From NCBI GenBank assembly GCA_964342815.1, contig CAYFHS010000039.1, positions 1-39,813 on the forward strand: a DNA stretch of 39,813 nt. Reading direction: 5' to 3'. The first letter of the stretch is position 1. Each line of letters opens with the position of its first letter. This document shows positions 17,001 to 25,517 of the stretch, piece after piece. This stretch comes from an uncultured archaeon (GTDB taxonomy: Archaea; Thermoplasmatota; Penumbrarchaeia; JASLWR01). The notes beneath the pieces were generated by a model. It ran no database searches and was not told the DNA's origin. It was given only the letters and a program-made list of their open reading frames with translations. Position numbers and translations under genes: made by a program.

Positions 17001-18670
17001 CCAGGGCATACAGAAGAAGACGGGGAGCCCAGGCTTCCCCCCGCCGGCCAAGAGAAGACCTCCAATGGGATGAAGATTATTCTTACGAAACCTATCGGAG
17101 CCCCGGTGTGGATTGGGGTGATGATGATCCCGATGATTATTATCCGAAGGGCGGATACGGCCAACGGGAGCCTGAAATAGGTTGGGCTGATTCGTATGAT
17201 GATTACGACGACCACGGATCTTACGAGGAACCGGTCAGAGAATATGAACGCCCCGCCCGTCGCCGCCCCGCGTCTCAGGGTAGATATGACCGATATGATA
17301 CCTATTACGAAGAGGAATTTGAGGAAGATCGAGTCGTGTTCGGTGCTTATGACAGTGAGGATGTGGATTACCTCCCCTACGAACGTGATGATGATGAAGA
17401 TTTTTACCGAAGGGGTGCAGAGGACAAACGGGGTTATATGACATATTCCGAACAATACAGGCCGAGGACTCAGCAGGATTATTTGGCTCCGGGTATGATC
17501 CTTCCCGGTGAACGATTTATGAAAAAGACCCCTACAATGCCCAAAGAGGAACTCTACATGGAATATGCCCCAAAGGATTGGCGGAAGAAAAATGAGGCGA
17601 AGGGGACCGTTCCTACCCTTTATCGGATATTGAATATTTTCTACGAACCCTTTATCCTCCGTAATTTCGGTATGAAACTTCCTGCGATGCAGCTTATTGC
17701 AATGCTCGCATTGATCGAACTTTTCAATATTTCCTTTGACATAGGAGGTCCGGCAATAGAAACCTTGATTTCCAAGGCCCAGTTCCATGAATGGTTCCAG
17801 TGGTTCACTCCACTGGTCACCAGCATTCTGGGTGCCGTTCTTGGTTTGATGCTGTCGCTTTACCCATCCTTAAGGGAAGAACCCAAACGCATTATCAAGC
17901 TCTCTTTAGTGGTAATTACCTTCGTTGTGCTGCTTTTCCTGCCGCTTATGAATCTGATTTTCGTTTCGGGCTGGGGAGGTGCCGTTGACTCTTTTGTAGA
18001 AATGCTTATCATACTGGGGGAAGTGATGCTCCTTCTGTTATACGCTTCTCCGGTGTTCTTGGGTGTACTTGCCATATGGGGCAGAAAGGGCAGCGAGGGG
18101 CTAATTATCCTAACAACGGTACTGATGCTGCTGGTGGTCATTATTTCCAACGCATACGATATTTACAGGGAAGTTTCTTTGGAGGAAAGCCGGGTATCCA
18201 TGTATTTCTTGTATGCGATAATACTGTTCATTTATATGGAATGCAGTGATTCATCCGTGAAATACTACCGCTTTGCTCAAGAGATACCGGATGACCGTGA
18301 GAACCGGGACCAGATCTATTTCTTCAATAAAACACTGAGCCAGTATTTTGTGTATATGGTGGTGCTGATAGTCATTGCATTGAGCCTGGGCCTAGTGGTA
18401 TTCTACCGTACGACATTCCTCGGGGCCATGGGTTCTTTGAGACTGGCGGAAAGTCTCGAGGCCACAACCTACTTCGGATTGGTCATCTCCATGGTTGTAA
18501 TATTCACTATCCTTGGGACCGCTCTCGTAATTATCAGAAACTGGAGATTTTTTGTGTCCCCGGTGAAAAAATTATTCGATTCAATTTCTCAGCAGAGAAT
18601 GCGGAAAAAAGAAATGTTGAGGGTCGAAAACGAGGTGAGGCGCCTTAAGGCGTTGAACGAACAGTTTTAA
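16997..18670 (+). CDS. Polytopic membrane protein with a long Tyr/Asp/Glu/Arg-rich disordered N-terminus
   Basis: TTG start 7 nt after GGAGGT, overlapping the DUF58 stop. About 180 low-complexity residues precede roughly 8-10 hydrophobic helices. Confidence 0.75.
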   Translation: MTRAYRRRRGAQASPRRPREDLQWDEDYSYETYRSPGVDWGDDDPDDYYPKGGYGQREPEIGWADSYDDYDDHGSYEEPVREYERPARRRPASQGRYDRYDTYYEEEFEEDRVVFGAYDSEDVDYLPYERDDDEDFYRRGAEDKRGYMTYSEQYRPRTQQDYLAPGMILPGERFMKKTPTMPKEELYMEYAPKDWRKKNEAKGTVPTLYRILNIFYEPFILRNFGMKLPAMQLIAMLALIELFNISFDIGGPAIETLISKAQFHEWFQWFTPLVTSILGAVLGLMLSLYPSLREEPKRIIKLSLVVITFVVLLFLPLMNLIFVSGWGGAVDSFVEMLIILGEVMLLLLYASPVFLGVLAIWGRKGSEGLIILTTVLMLLVVIISNAYDIYREVSLEESRVSMYFLYAIILFIYMECSDSSVKYYRFAQEIPDDRENRDQIYFFNKTLSQYFVYMVVLIVIALSLGLVVFYRTTFLGAMGSLRLAESLEATTYFGLVISMVVIFTILGTALVIIRNWRFFVSPVKKLFDSISQQRMRKKEMLRVENEVRRLKALNEQF

Positions 18671-20380
18671 TTACCCTTTTCTGTTCTTCATGAGATATAC
18701 TGTTGCTCCTACCAGGGCTGTTACCACCACCACGAGCACAATGAATCCTAGCCACGTCGAAGAACTTTCGACTCCCTTGTTTTCAAAACCTTTTTCAAGC
18801 AGGACCTCCCGGGATATTATCCCGGTTTCTTCACCGGAATTATCGCTGGCCTTGACTTCGATAGTGTGGTTAGTATCCACGAGACCGGTGAGGTCCCACT
18901 GGAAATGCCAGGCCATTTTATCCTCCCCCCCATCCAGTACGGCAGCCGTTTCCCACTCCCCCCCATCGATCCTCACATGGACCGTGGGATTCTCCTGGAG
19001 GTCGAATACGGTCCCTGTGACCAGGAATGAATCGTTATTCGTTTTGATGGACTCTCCATGTTTGACATTGATGGTGATGGACGGAGGAGTGTTCTCCGCG
19101 TTGCTCAACAGGTCGGGGAACAGCTCAAGATATTCGTCCCAGTAACTATCACTGGCAAAATCCAGTTCGCTGTACAGGGGATCGTAGACGGCGTCTATCC
19201 CATTTGGAAAGTAAAGAGAAAGCCCATTGGCATTTCTGTGATACGGGTCTGACCGGGTCTCTACCATCATTTCCCATGCCAATTCCTGTACCTTTCTGCC
19301 AGCCGTATCCAGCTCACTGTCAAATACAACCTGGGCATCGATTTTGTCGATGAGATCGATAATGTCGAATAACGTGTATGTACTGATCTTGAAAGGGCCC
19401 GGGTTGGGTGGAAAGGCATAACATTCTGTCACGGAACGGGCTCCTTTCACCTGAAGATTATGTCTGATGTTCTTGGTAGCGAGAAGCATGGAATACCTGT
19501 TCAATTCCTGGGTCAATTCTACTATCTTATCCAGATCGAACAATGCCATTGTCACCGAGTACGAATCATCCGGATCGCTGGCCTTGTCAGTGTATGAGTC
19601 CAGGTAATCGTTCACAATTTCGCTCCCGAGCTCCTCGGGATTCATTTGGGGATCCTTGTCCATACCGGCAAATATGGTCTCGTAGGGCCAGCCGTCACCG
19701 GGCTCTACGAAGCCGGATGCCACTGAGTAATCGGCATAATCTTTGATCTGATACAGCACCGCCAGTTGAGCCATCAGGCAGGCATCGAAACCGATCATGT
19801 CGAATCCTCTCCCCATGTGTTTTCTCGAAATTTCCAGGCCTTCGCTCAATTCGGTCATTGTGATTGGGTCTCCATTTCCCTCACTGTCGTCCCAGCAAAT
19901 ACCCCAAAAAGCGCCACCGTGATCCCAGAGGTCGAGAAAATAACGTTTAGCCGGGTAATTGTCATAGGCCCAAATGATGAAATCGGCCAGGGTGGAGGGA
20001 TCGCCCATGTTTATCTCCCCCATGTCCGCAAGCTCCGGTGAATTCACAATCGCAGTGTCCTCGTCCTTTTCCATCCGATATCTCTTTGCTCCCTTCCAAT
20101 CGCCGTTCGAGGTATCATATCCCTCCGCCCGATCTACCTGCACGATAAAATTCAGTTCCTTGGACGATCCCACCGTTTCCATCTCGTTAAGGTCCTCTAT
20201 ACCGGCCCCTTCAAGATTGTTGTCGGATGCCATGTACACCATGAAGGTCCATTCGGCTATTCCGGAAGCTTCGTTCGATCCTTCTATGGCCCCGTCATCT
20301 GCCGTGGAGAGTAAAAAGGCCGGTAACAGCCCTGTGAGCAGTAAAAAAGATATGCAAATTCCAAATATTAAGCGTTTCAT
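18671..20380 (-). CDS. Clostripain-family (C11) cysteine peptidase with signal peptide, Ig-like domain and C-terminal membrane anchor
   Basis: WTFMVYMASDNNLE, DLWDHGG (catalytic His) and IGFDACLM (catalytic Cys). C-terminal hydrophobic helix followed by KNRKG. Confidence 0.92.
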   Translation of the reverse strand: MKRLIFGICISFLLLTGLLPAFLLSTADDGAIEGSNEASGIAEWTFMVYMASDNNLEGAGIEDLNEMETVGSSKELNFIVQVDRAEGYDTSNGDWKGAKRYRMEKDEDTAIVNSPELADMGEINMGDPSTLADFIIWAYDNYPAKRYFLDLWDHGGAFWGICWDDSEGNGDPITMTELSEGLEISRKHMGRGFDMIGFDACLMAQLAVLYQIKDYADYSVASGFVEPGDGWPYETIFAGMDKDPQMNPEELGSEIVNDYLDSYTDKASDPDDSYSVTMALFDLDKIVELTQELNRYSMLLATKNIRHNLQVKGARSVTECYAFPPNPGPFKISTYTLFDIIDLIDKIDAQVVFDSELDTAGRKVQELAWEMMVETRSDPYHRNANGLSLYFPNGIDAVYDPLYSELDFASDSYWDEYLELFPDLLSNAENTPPSITINVKHGESIKTNNDSFLVTGTVFDLQENPTVHVRIDGGEWETAAVLDGGEDKMAWHFQWDLTGLVDTNHTIEVKASDNSGEETGIISREVLLEKGFENKGVESSSTWLGFIVLVVVVTALVGATVYLMKNRKG

Positions 20381-20528
20381 TTTCTCACCGTCTACCGAAG
20401 ATATTGATGGTAATTATTCAAATAATTTCAATGACCATAAATAGATTTGAATTATATTTATTATTATGGATTTGAGTTTTCCCTTGTCCATTGGATTTAT
20501 ATTGTACCGGTTTAATAAAATGCATGTA

Positions 20529-23500
20529 TCACAATTCGAGATCCTCGACACCGCGCAACAGCTCATCGATCTCATCCCCTATTTCTTCATCTTCCTCCGA
20601 GCTAATTTTATCAGGGATCGTCTCTGTGCTGTTGATCGGTTTGGAATTCTCCGGTACATTTTCGGTTGGGACTGTTTCTGTATCTTCCGATTTCGTGGAT
20701 AACGAAGGTATTGTTGCTTCCTCGGGATTCTTCCCTTTGCTGCTTTCGGGTACGGGCTTAGTGACCACGGCGCCAGGAATTGGGATTATCCCTGAGCCAG
20801 TCTTTTTTTGTACTGTGTGTGAAGTGGATTCTTCAATATTATTTCCGACAACAGGCTCACTGGTTAAAACAGGTATTGTCATCAAGGTATCACTGGTGCT
20901 AACAGGTTTCGTGATAACTCTCACCGAGGCAGTCAGTGTTTTTGCAGGCGGTTTTTCGTCTCCAGTGTCGGCAGCCGCCTTGTCATCATCTGGTGGGAGA
21001 TTGGGTTTTGCAGACAAAGGTTTTGACTTGATGAGCGGTAGTCCGGTGGTGGTTTTATTAACGGGAATAGTGATGGCTTTCGGTAAAATATCACCTTTCA
21101 TCCCTACAGGTTTCGTTGTGACCTTTTTCATAGTAACTGATGCGTCTGGTGTCTTTTCCGCTGTTTTTAAGAACGGAACCAATACCGGCTTTGTAATTAT
21201 TGTCCTTCTTTTCTCGGAATGTTCATCTGTTTTGATATCCGTTCCTGCCGGAGGGAGTGATTTTATATCATTATCTGGGATATGAACGGGGATTTTTCCA
21301 TGGTTCGGTTCATAGGTGGGTGATTCATCCGAATGCACTGGAAGGACTCGAGTAACCGGGACCGTTGTGACCGTGGGAAGCGAGGGCAGGTCCGGTCCTC
21401 TCCCCTCCTTTTCCTTATTCTTTACTATAGGCGGAGTAAGACCTTTCCCCTTACCTACGAAATAGCCTTCGGACCTAGTTTCCGTTTCCTCATTCGATTC
21501 CGAATACATATCACCCCACTCGTCCAAATCGATACCTATCTCCTTTCTCTCCAACCGTCCCTGGTAAATATCGGGTCTGTACTCTCCGTCCTCGTCATAA
21601 CCTTCCATTAAATTTCGTTTTCTCAGCAGGAACAATAGTGAAAATACGATAATTCCCGAAAGTAATATTATCAAAATGATCCCTAGATAAAATAAAAATT
21701 CCGGTGCATTCTCCTTGCCTTTCTCGTCACCGAGGCTGTGAATGTCCGTTAAAACTTCGATCTCCGCTCTTATTTCGTTGTTGTCGGTGACGGATTCCGG
21801 GATGCCGTCATAGTCGTTAACAACCACGACAAGCTCACGTTTTCCTATGACCTTGGGTTTCCATTCAAAGGATATTTTCTTTATTTCGCCCTTGTCCAGG
21901 CTGCCGATCTTTCGAGAGTATATGGGAGTGGTTCCAAGATAGAATGCTATGGTTAGATTGTTTCCGTAAACTCCTTCGAACCGGTCTTCACCGAGATTTT
22001 CCACAATGACACCGACGGATATCGGATGATTTCGTTTCAATCGGGGGGTATTTGCGGAAGAAATTTCAATTCCGTCAATGGATAGGGCTCTAGTACGAAA
22101 ATCATAGTCCACCACATCCACCGTTAGAGTTAGCTGCTTTTCGAAGGAACCATTTCCTCCTGAGGTGGTATCTATCGCGAGATGATAGGTTCCCAGCGCG
22201 GCGTCTGGACGAACCTTGAGTGTCAGCACTACCGCTTTTGTTTCTCCATGTGAGAGGTGAACGTTGATTGGACTTACCGAAGCCGATAAAGGTCCGTAGA
22301 CACTTCCGTTCATTTTCAGATGTATGATATCCTGAACGTTACCAGTATTTTGGACGTAAAGCTGGTAGTCGATGGATTGATCCTTCAGCTTTCTTGCCAC
22401 TTTAAGTGGCCCGAACCCACCGAAAAGAATGTGATCGTGGTGGGGGACCACTGAGAGATGGATTTTGGTGGAATCGCGTATTGCTTTTGGATTCGATGAG
22501 GAGGCAACTTCGACCATGAAAGTATGGTGGTTGATCTCCCGGGTGGAATTGTCCGAATCCGCCTCGGTCCCCGGCGGCATGTTCACCACAACCTCAACGC
22601 TCCTCGTCTCATTGCCCTTGAGCCACACATCTCCAGGACTTCCATCATAAATGAAGCTCAACCATTTGGATTCGGCAAACACGGTGAAAGCCTCGTAGGT
22701 GTTTCCGGTGTTCTTGACCTCGAGCCGGTAGGTGACATTCTTCTCACTTGGAGAGACCTTCAAGGGTTCGGTTGCGCTGATATTGATCCCAAATTCTGGT
22801 AAAATCTCGAAATAAAAGGTAAAAGTGTCCTTTTCCACCGGCGGGTCCTCCGCAAGCACTGCGACACTCAGGGGAAAGACGTCATTGGCAGTCCCGCGGG
22901 GAACCCTGATCTTCATGAGTATCTGGGCCCAGTAGAGGCGTTCGAGGCCCCCGTGGAGCTTGCTGTCATCTATATATGTGTGCCAACCGTATGGTGTATC
23001 AACAGCAAAGGATATGGTCTCGTCCTTTCCGTTACCGGTGTTGGTTACGTTGAAGGAGATCCAAACGTCCCTCTCAGTATGTACGGCATACTCGCTGATA
23101 GCGGCTTTTATCTTCACATCGTGGTACTGTAGGACGGTGGTGCTAACGTGGGAGGAGCTCTGGACGTTGATATCCTCAAGAGAGGCTGCCGTTACCGTGA
23201 GAATGTCTGTTGAACCGTATAGGGAATTATCGGGGACAGTGGCTGTGACCTGGATGGTTTGATTATCCTGATCGCTGTTGGGGAACAGTACATCCGTTAT
23301 CGCGGATCCAATTACCTTACTGTTCCAATTATTGGATGAACTGGTCATAATGGAAAAAGAATCCGCCGAATTTCCAGTATTCTTAATTGTGAAATTATAT
23401 CTGATGGTTTTTCCCGGATAATGGCTCATACCCTGGGGGGCCATCACCGACACCTTTGGGTCCGGCAGCACATTAACGAGAAGACCCAGGGTAACATTGG

Positions 23501-25235
23501 TATTGCCATCGCTAAGCGAGTGTGCTTTTAAGCGAACCGTTGCCAGTCCCGCCGCGGCCAATGGAGGGATGGCCACGATGAGGCTGACCCCTCTCGACGT
23601 CTCCCTGCCCATGGACCGAAGGATATTGTGATCGAACACTGGTATGGACCATCCTTTCTCGCTTGGGTATTCGGTGACGTTCAATTGAATATCGTCCTTC
23701 TTCTCACCGTCGTTGTATACCGTTAACTTGAATGAAACCACACTGTTGGGTTTGCCGCTCAATGTCGATCCGTTGTAAGCCAATCGTACATCGAATGGAG
23801 AGACGACAATTTCTTTTACCACCGATTTTATATTGTTTCCAGCTACCTCGTCGTTGTCCAGCACCGTTGTTATTCCGATGGTGTACTTTCCAGGTGAGGT
23901 CACCATCCATGTGAAGGAAATGTTGAAGATGAGGGATTCCACCACCCCCTCGATACCGCCGGACCCAAGCACGGGAGCATCCTTGAACCGCTGGTGTTTA
24001 CCATTAACCGTCATCTTGACGGAACAATTTGTATCGATATTACCCCAGTTGGCTATTTTGGCTGTAACAGGTATATCCTGGTACGGGTACCATTCACCTT
24101 TTACGCGTTTTACCTCCCAGACTCCAATATCATAAAATGTTTTGCCCGTTATGCGGAATTCAAGTTCGTTCCCCGCTTGAACTTCATCAGGCGGTGAGCT
24201 GAGAACGGTCTCAAGTTTCAGAGTATAATGTCGGTTTTCCTGACCCGGCACGGCCCATTTGAAGGAAATCGGACGGGATTCCATTACACCTTGGTTTCCC
24301 GAGGTGACCGTGCTGTTTGTATGCAGGTAACCGGGTTCTTCATCGCATGTTATTGTAAGTTCTACCGGGACGTTGTTCCTGGCGTTGAAACCGTAATTGA
24401 TAACGGTGGCGTTGATATGGATATCCCTTCCGGGGAGCACTCTCGTGCCCGGTTCCGGACCCTGTACTTGGTCCATTGCCACGTCGTTTTCAATGGTACC
24501 GAAGACGATGGATTGAGAGTTTCCGGGTCTCTGATTGTTCCAAAATGGCATGTTGTAATGTACCCCGTCACCGTCGTTCAAACCGCCCGTTGGCCGCATG
24601 TTTTGAGTAACTCTTTGGTAATTGATAAGAATATTGCCGTTGTCTTTGTAGAGCACCATCTGAAAAGTACAAGTACCTCCGCCCCATTCGTACGGGGCCT
24701 GATACCAGGTTACCAGATATCGTTCGGGGTTCTGAAGGGATTTGTGATATATTCCTGCAATGGGACCGGGGTTCCAGTAATAGACATAATCCCACAGTGG
24801 GGCTATGATCTTTGCAAACCTTCCGTCGTTGCTTGGGAATTCTACATTGCTGCTGGTGCTGTATGTGGATGTGAAACTTGCATATCCGTGTGTGAAAAGG
24901 TTGATCGAACTGTATGATCCGTCGTAGAACGGGAAATTGAAACCCAGGGGAACTGTTACATAATCGCTCGATGTAAATTGTATCTTGGCTGCTCCCTGGA
25001 GCGGTTCTTCCCACCTGAAGGGAACGTTCAGCTCTTGACGGTAATTGAACGATGCTCGGGTCGTTCCGGTGGAAATTTCCTCTGAACGCACCCCGCGATC
25101 TGAGATTATATCTATATCATCATCCGATCTTGATAGAGTAAAAGGGGAGATGTTGCCCTGCCAGATGATCAGAGCCGATAAAATGAATATCCCGATAAAA
25201 AGTGTGAGAGAATGTCGTTTATCCTTGAAATCCAT
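20529..25235 (-). CDS. Giant membrane-anchored surface protein (nidogen-like N-terminal domain, CARDB/Ig-like repeats, TM helix, disordered tail)
   Basis: VPLGFNFPFY...IAPLWD...FQMVLY..G.I, then repeated 'F.V.N.GN..D' Ig-like units. TM helix FLFYLGIILIILL..., followed by a ~360-aa P/T/K/E-rich tail. Confidence 0.8.
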   Translation of the reverse strand: MDFKDKRHSLTLFIGIFILSALIIWQGNISPFTLSRSDDDIDIISDRGVRSEEISTGTTRASFNYRQELNVPFRWEEPLQGAAKIQFTSSDYVTVPLGFNFPFYDGSYSSINLFTHGYASFTSTYSTSSNVEFPSNDGRFAKIIAPLWDYVYYWNPGPIAGIYHKSLQNPERYLVTWYQAPYEWGGGTCTFQMVLYKDNGNILINYQRVTQNMRPTGGLNDGDGVHYNMPFWNNQRPGNSQSIVFGTIENDVAMDQVQGPEPGTRVLPGRDIHINATVINYGFNARNNVPVELTITCDEEPGYLHTNSTVTSGNQGVMESRPISFKWAVPGQENRHYTLKLETVLSSPPDEVQAGNELEFRITGKTFYDIGVWEVKRVKGEWYPYQDIPVTAKIANWGNIDTNCSVKMTVNGKHQRFKDAPVLGSGGIEGVVESLIFNISFTWMVTSPGKYTIGITTVLDNDEVAGNNIKSVVKEIVVSPFDVRLAYNGSTLSGKPNSVVSFKLTVYNDGEKKDDIQLNVTEYPSEKGWSIPVFDHNILRSMGRETSRGVSLIVAIPPLAAAGLATVRLKAHSLSDGNTNVTLGLLVNVLPDPKVSVMAPQGMSHYPGKTIRYNFTIKNTGNSADSFSIMTSSSNNWNSKVIGSAITDVLFPNSDQDNQTIQVTATVPDNSLYGSTDILTVTAASLEDINVQSSSHVSTTVLQYHDVKIKAAISEYAVHTERDVWISFNVTNTGNGKDETISFAVDTPYGWHTYIDDSKLHGGLERLYWAQILMKIRVPRGTANDVFPLSVAVLAEDPPVEKDTFTFYFEILPEFGINISATEPLKVSPSEKNVTYRLEVKNTGNTYEAFTVFAESKWLSFIYDGSPGDVWLKGNETRSVEVVVNMPPGTEADSDNSTREINHHTFMVEVASSSNPKAIRDSTKIHLSVVPHHDHILFGGFGPLKVARKLKDQSIDYQLYVQNTGNVQDIIHLKMNGSVYGPLSASVSPINVHLSHGETKAVVLTLKVRPDAALGTYHLAIDTTSGGNGSFEKQLTLTVDVVDYDFRTRALSIDGIEISSANTPRLKRNHPISVGVIVENLGEDRFEGVYGNNLTIAFYLGTTPIYSRKIGSLDKGEIKKISFEWKPKVIGKRELVVVVNDYDGIPESVTDNNEIRAEIEVLTDIHSLGDEKGKENAPEFLFYLGIILIILLSGIIVFSLLFLLRKRNLMEGYDEDGEYRPDIYQGRLERKEIGIDLDEWGDMYSESNEETETRSEGYFVGKGKGLTPPIVKNKEKEGRGPDLPSLPTVTTVPVTRVLPVHSDESPTYEPNHGKIPVHIPDNDIKSLPPAGTDIKTDEHSEKRRTIITKPVLVPFLKTAEKTPDASVTMKKVTTKPVGMKGDILPKAITIPVNKTTTGLPLIKSKPLSAKPNLPPDDDKAAADTGDEKPPAKTLTASVRVITKPVSTSDTLMTIPVLTSEPVVGNNIEESTSHTVQKKTGSGIIPIPGAVVTKPVPESSKGKNPEEATIPSLSTKSEDTETVPTENVPENSKPINSTETIPDKISSEEDEEIGDEIDELLRGVEDLEL

Positions 25236-25403
25236 TATGAATCACCGTAAAATGTTCTTTTTGGCAGTTTATTGTTTATTCGATATTTTTTCAGATCGAT
25301 TTTATTAGATAATCGGTAATGTTCACACCTGAAAAGAGTATGGTTTTATAATGTTGAATTAATAGATAATGTTTGTCATCGTTTTAAGTGCTTTGGGAAT
25401 CCT

Positions 25404-25418
25404 GATAACCCTGTTATC
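25404..25418. promoter_or_regulatory. Short palindrome in the divergent promoter region
   Basis: GATAAC-CCT-GTTATC followed by a long T/A tract, between the two divergently transcribed giant genes. Confidence 0.3.
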
Positions 25419-25517
25419 TTTTTTTTTAAAAAATAAAAAACTATTAATATTAGAGACCCCGTTTTTTATTGGTTGTTTCGTATGTTCATATGAAATAGTG
25501 AACTATATGCTAGAGGG

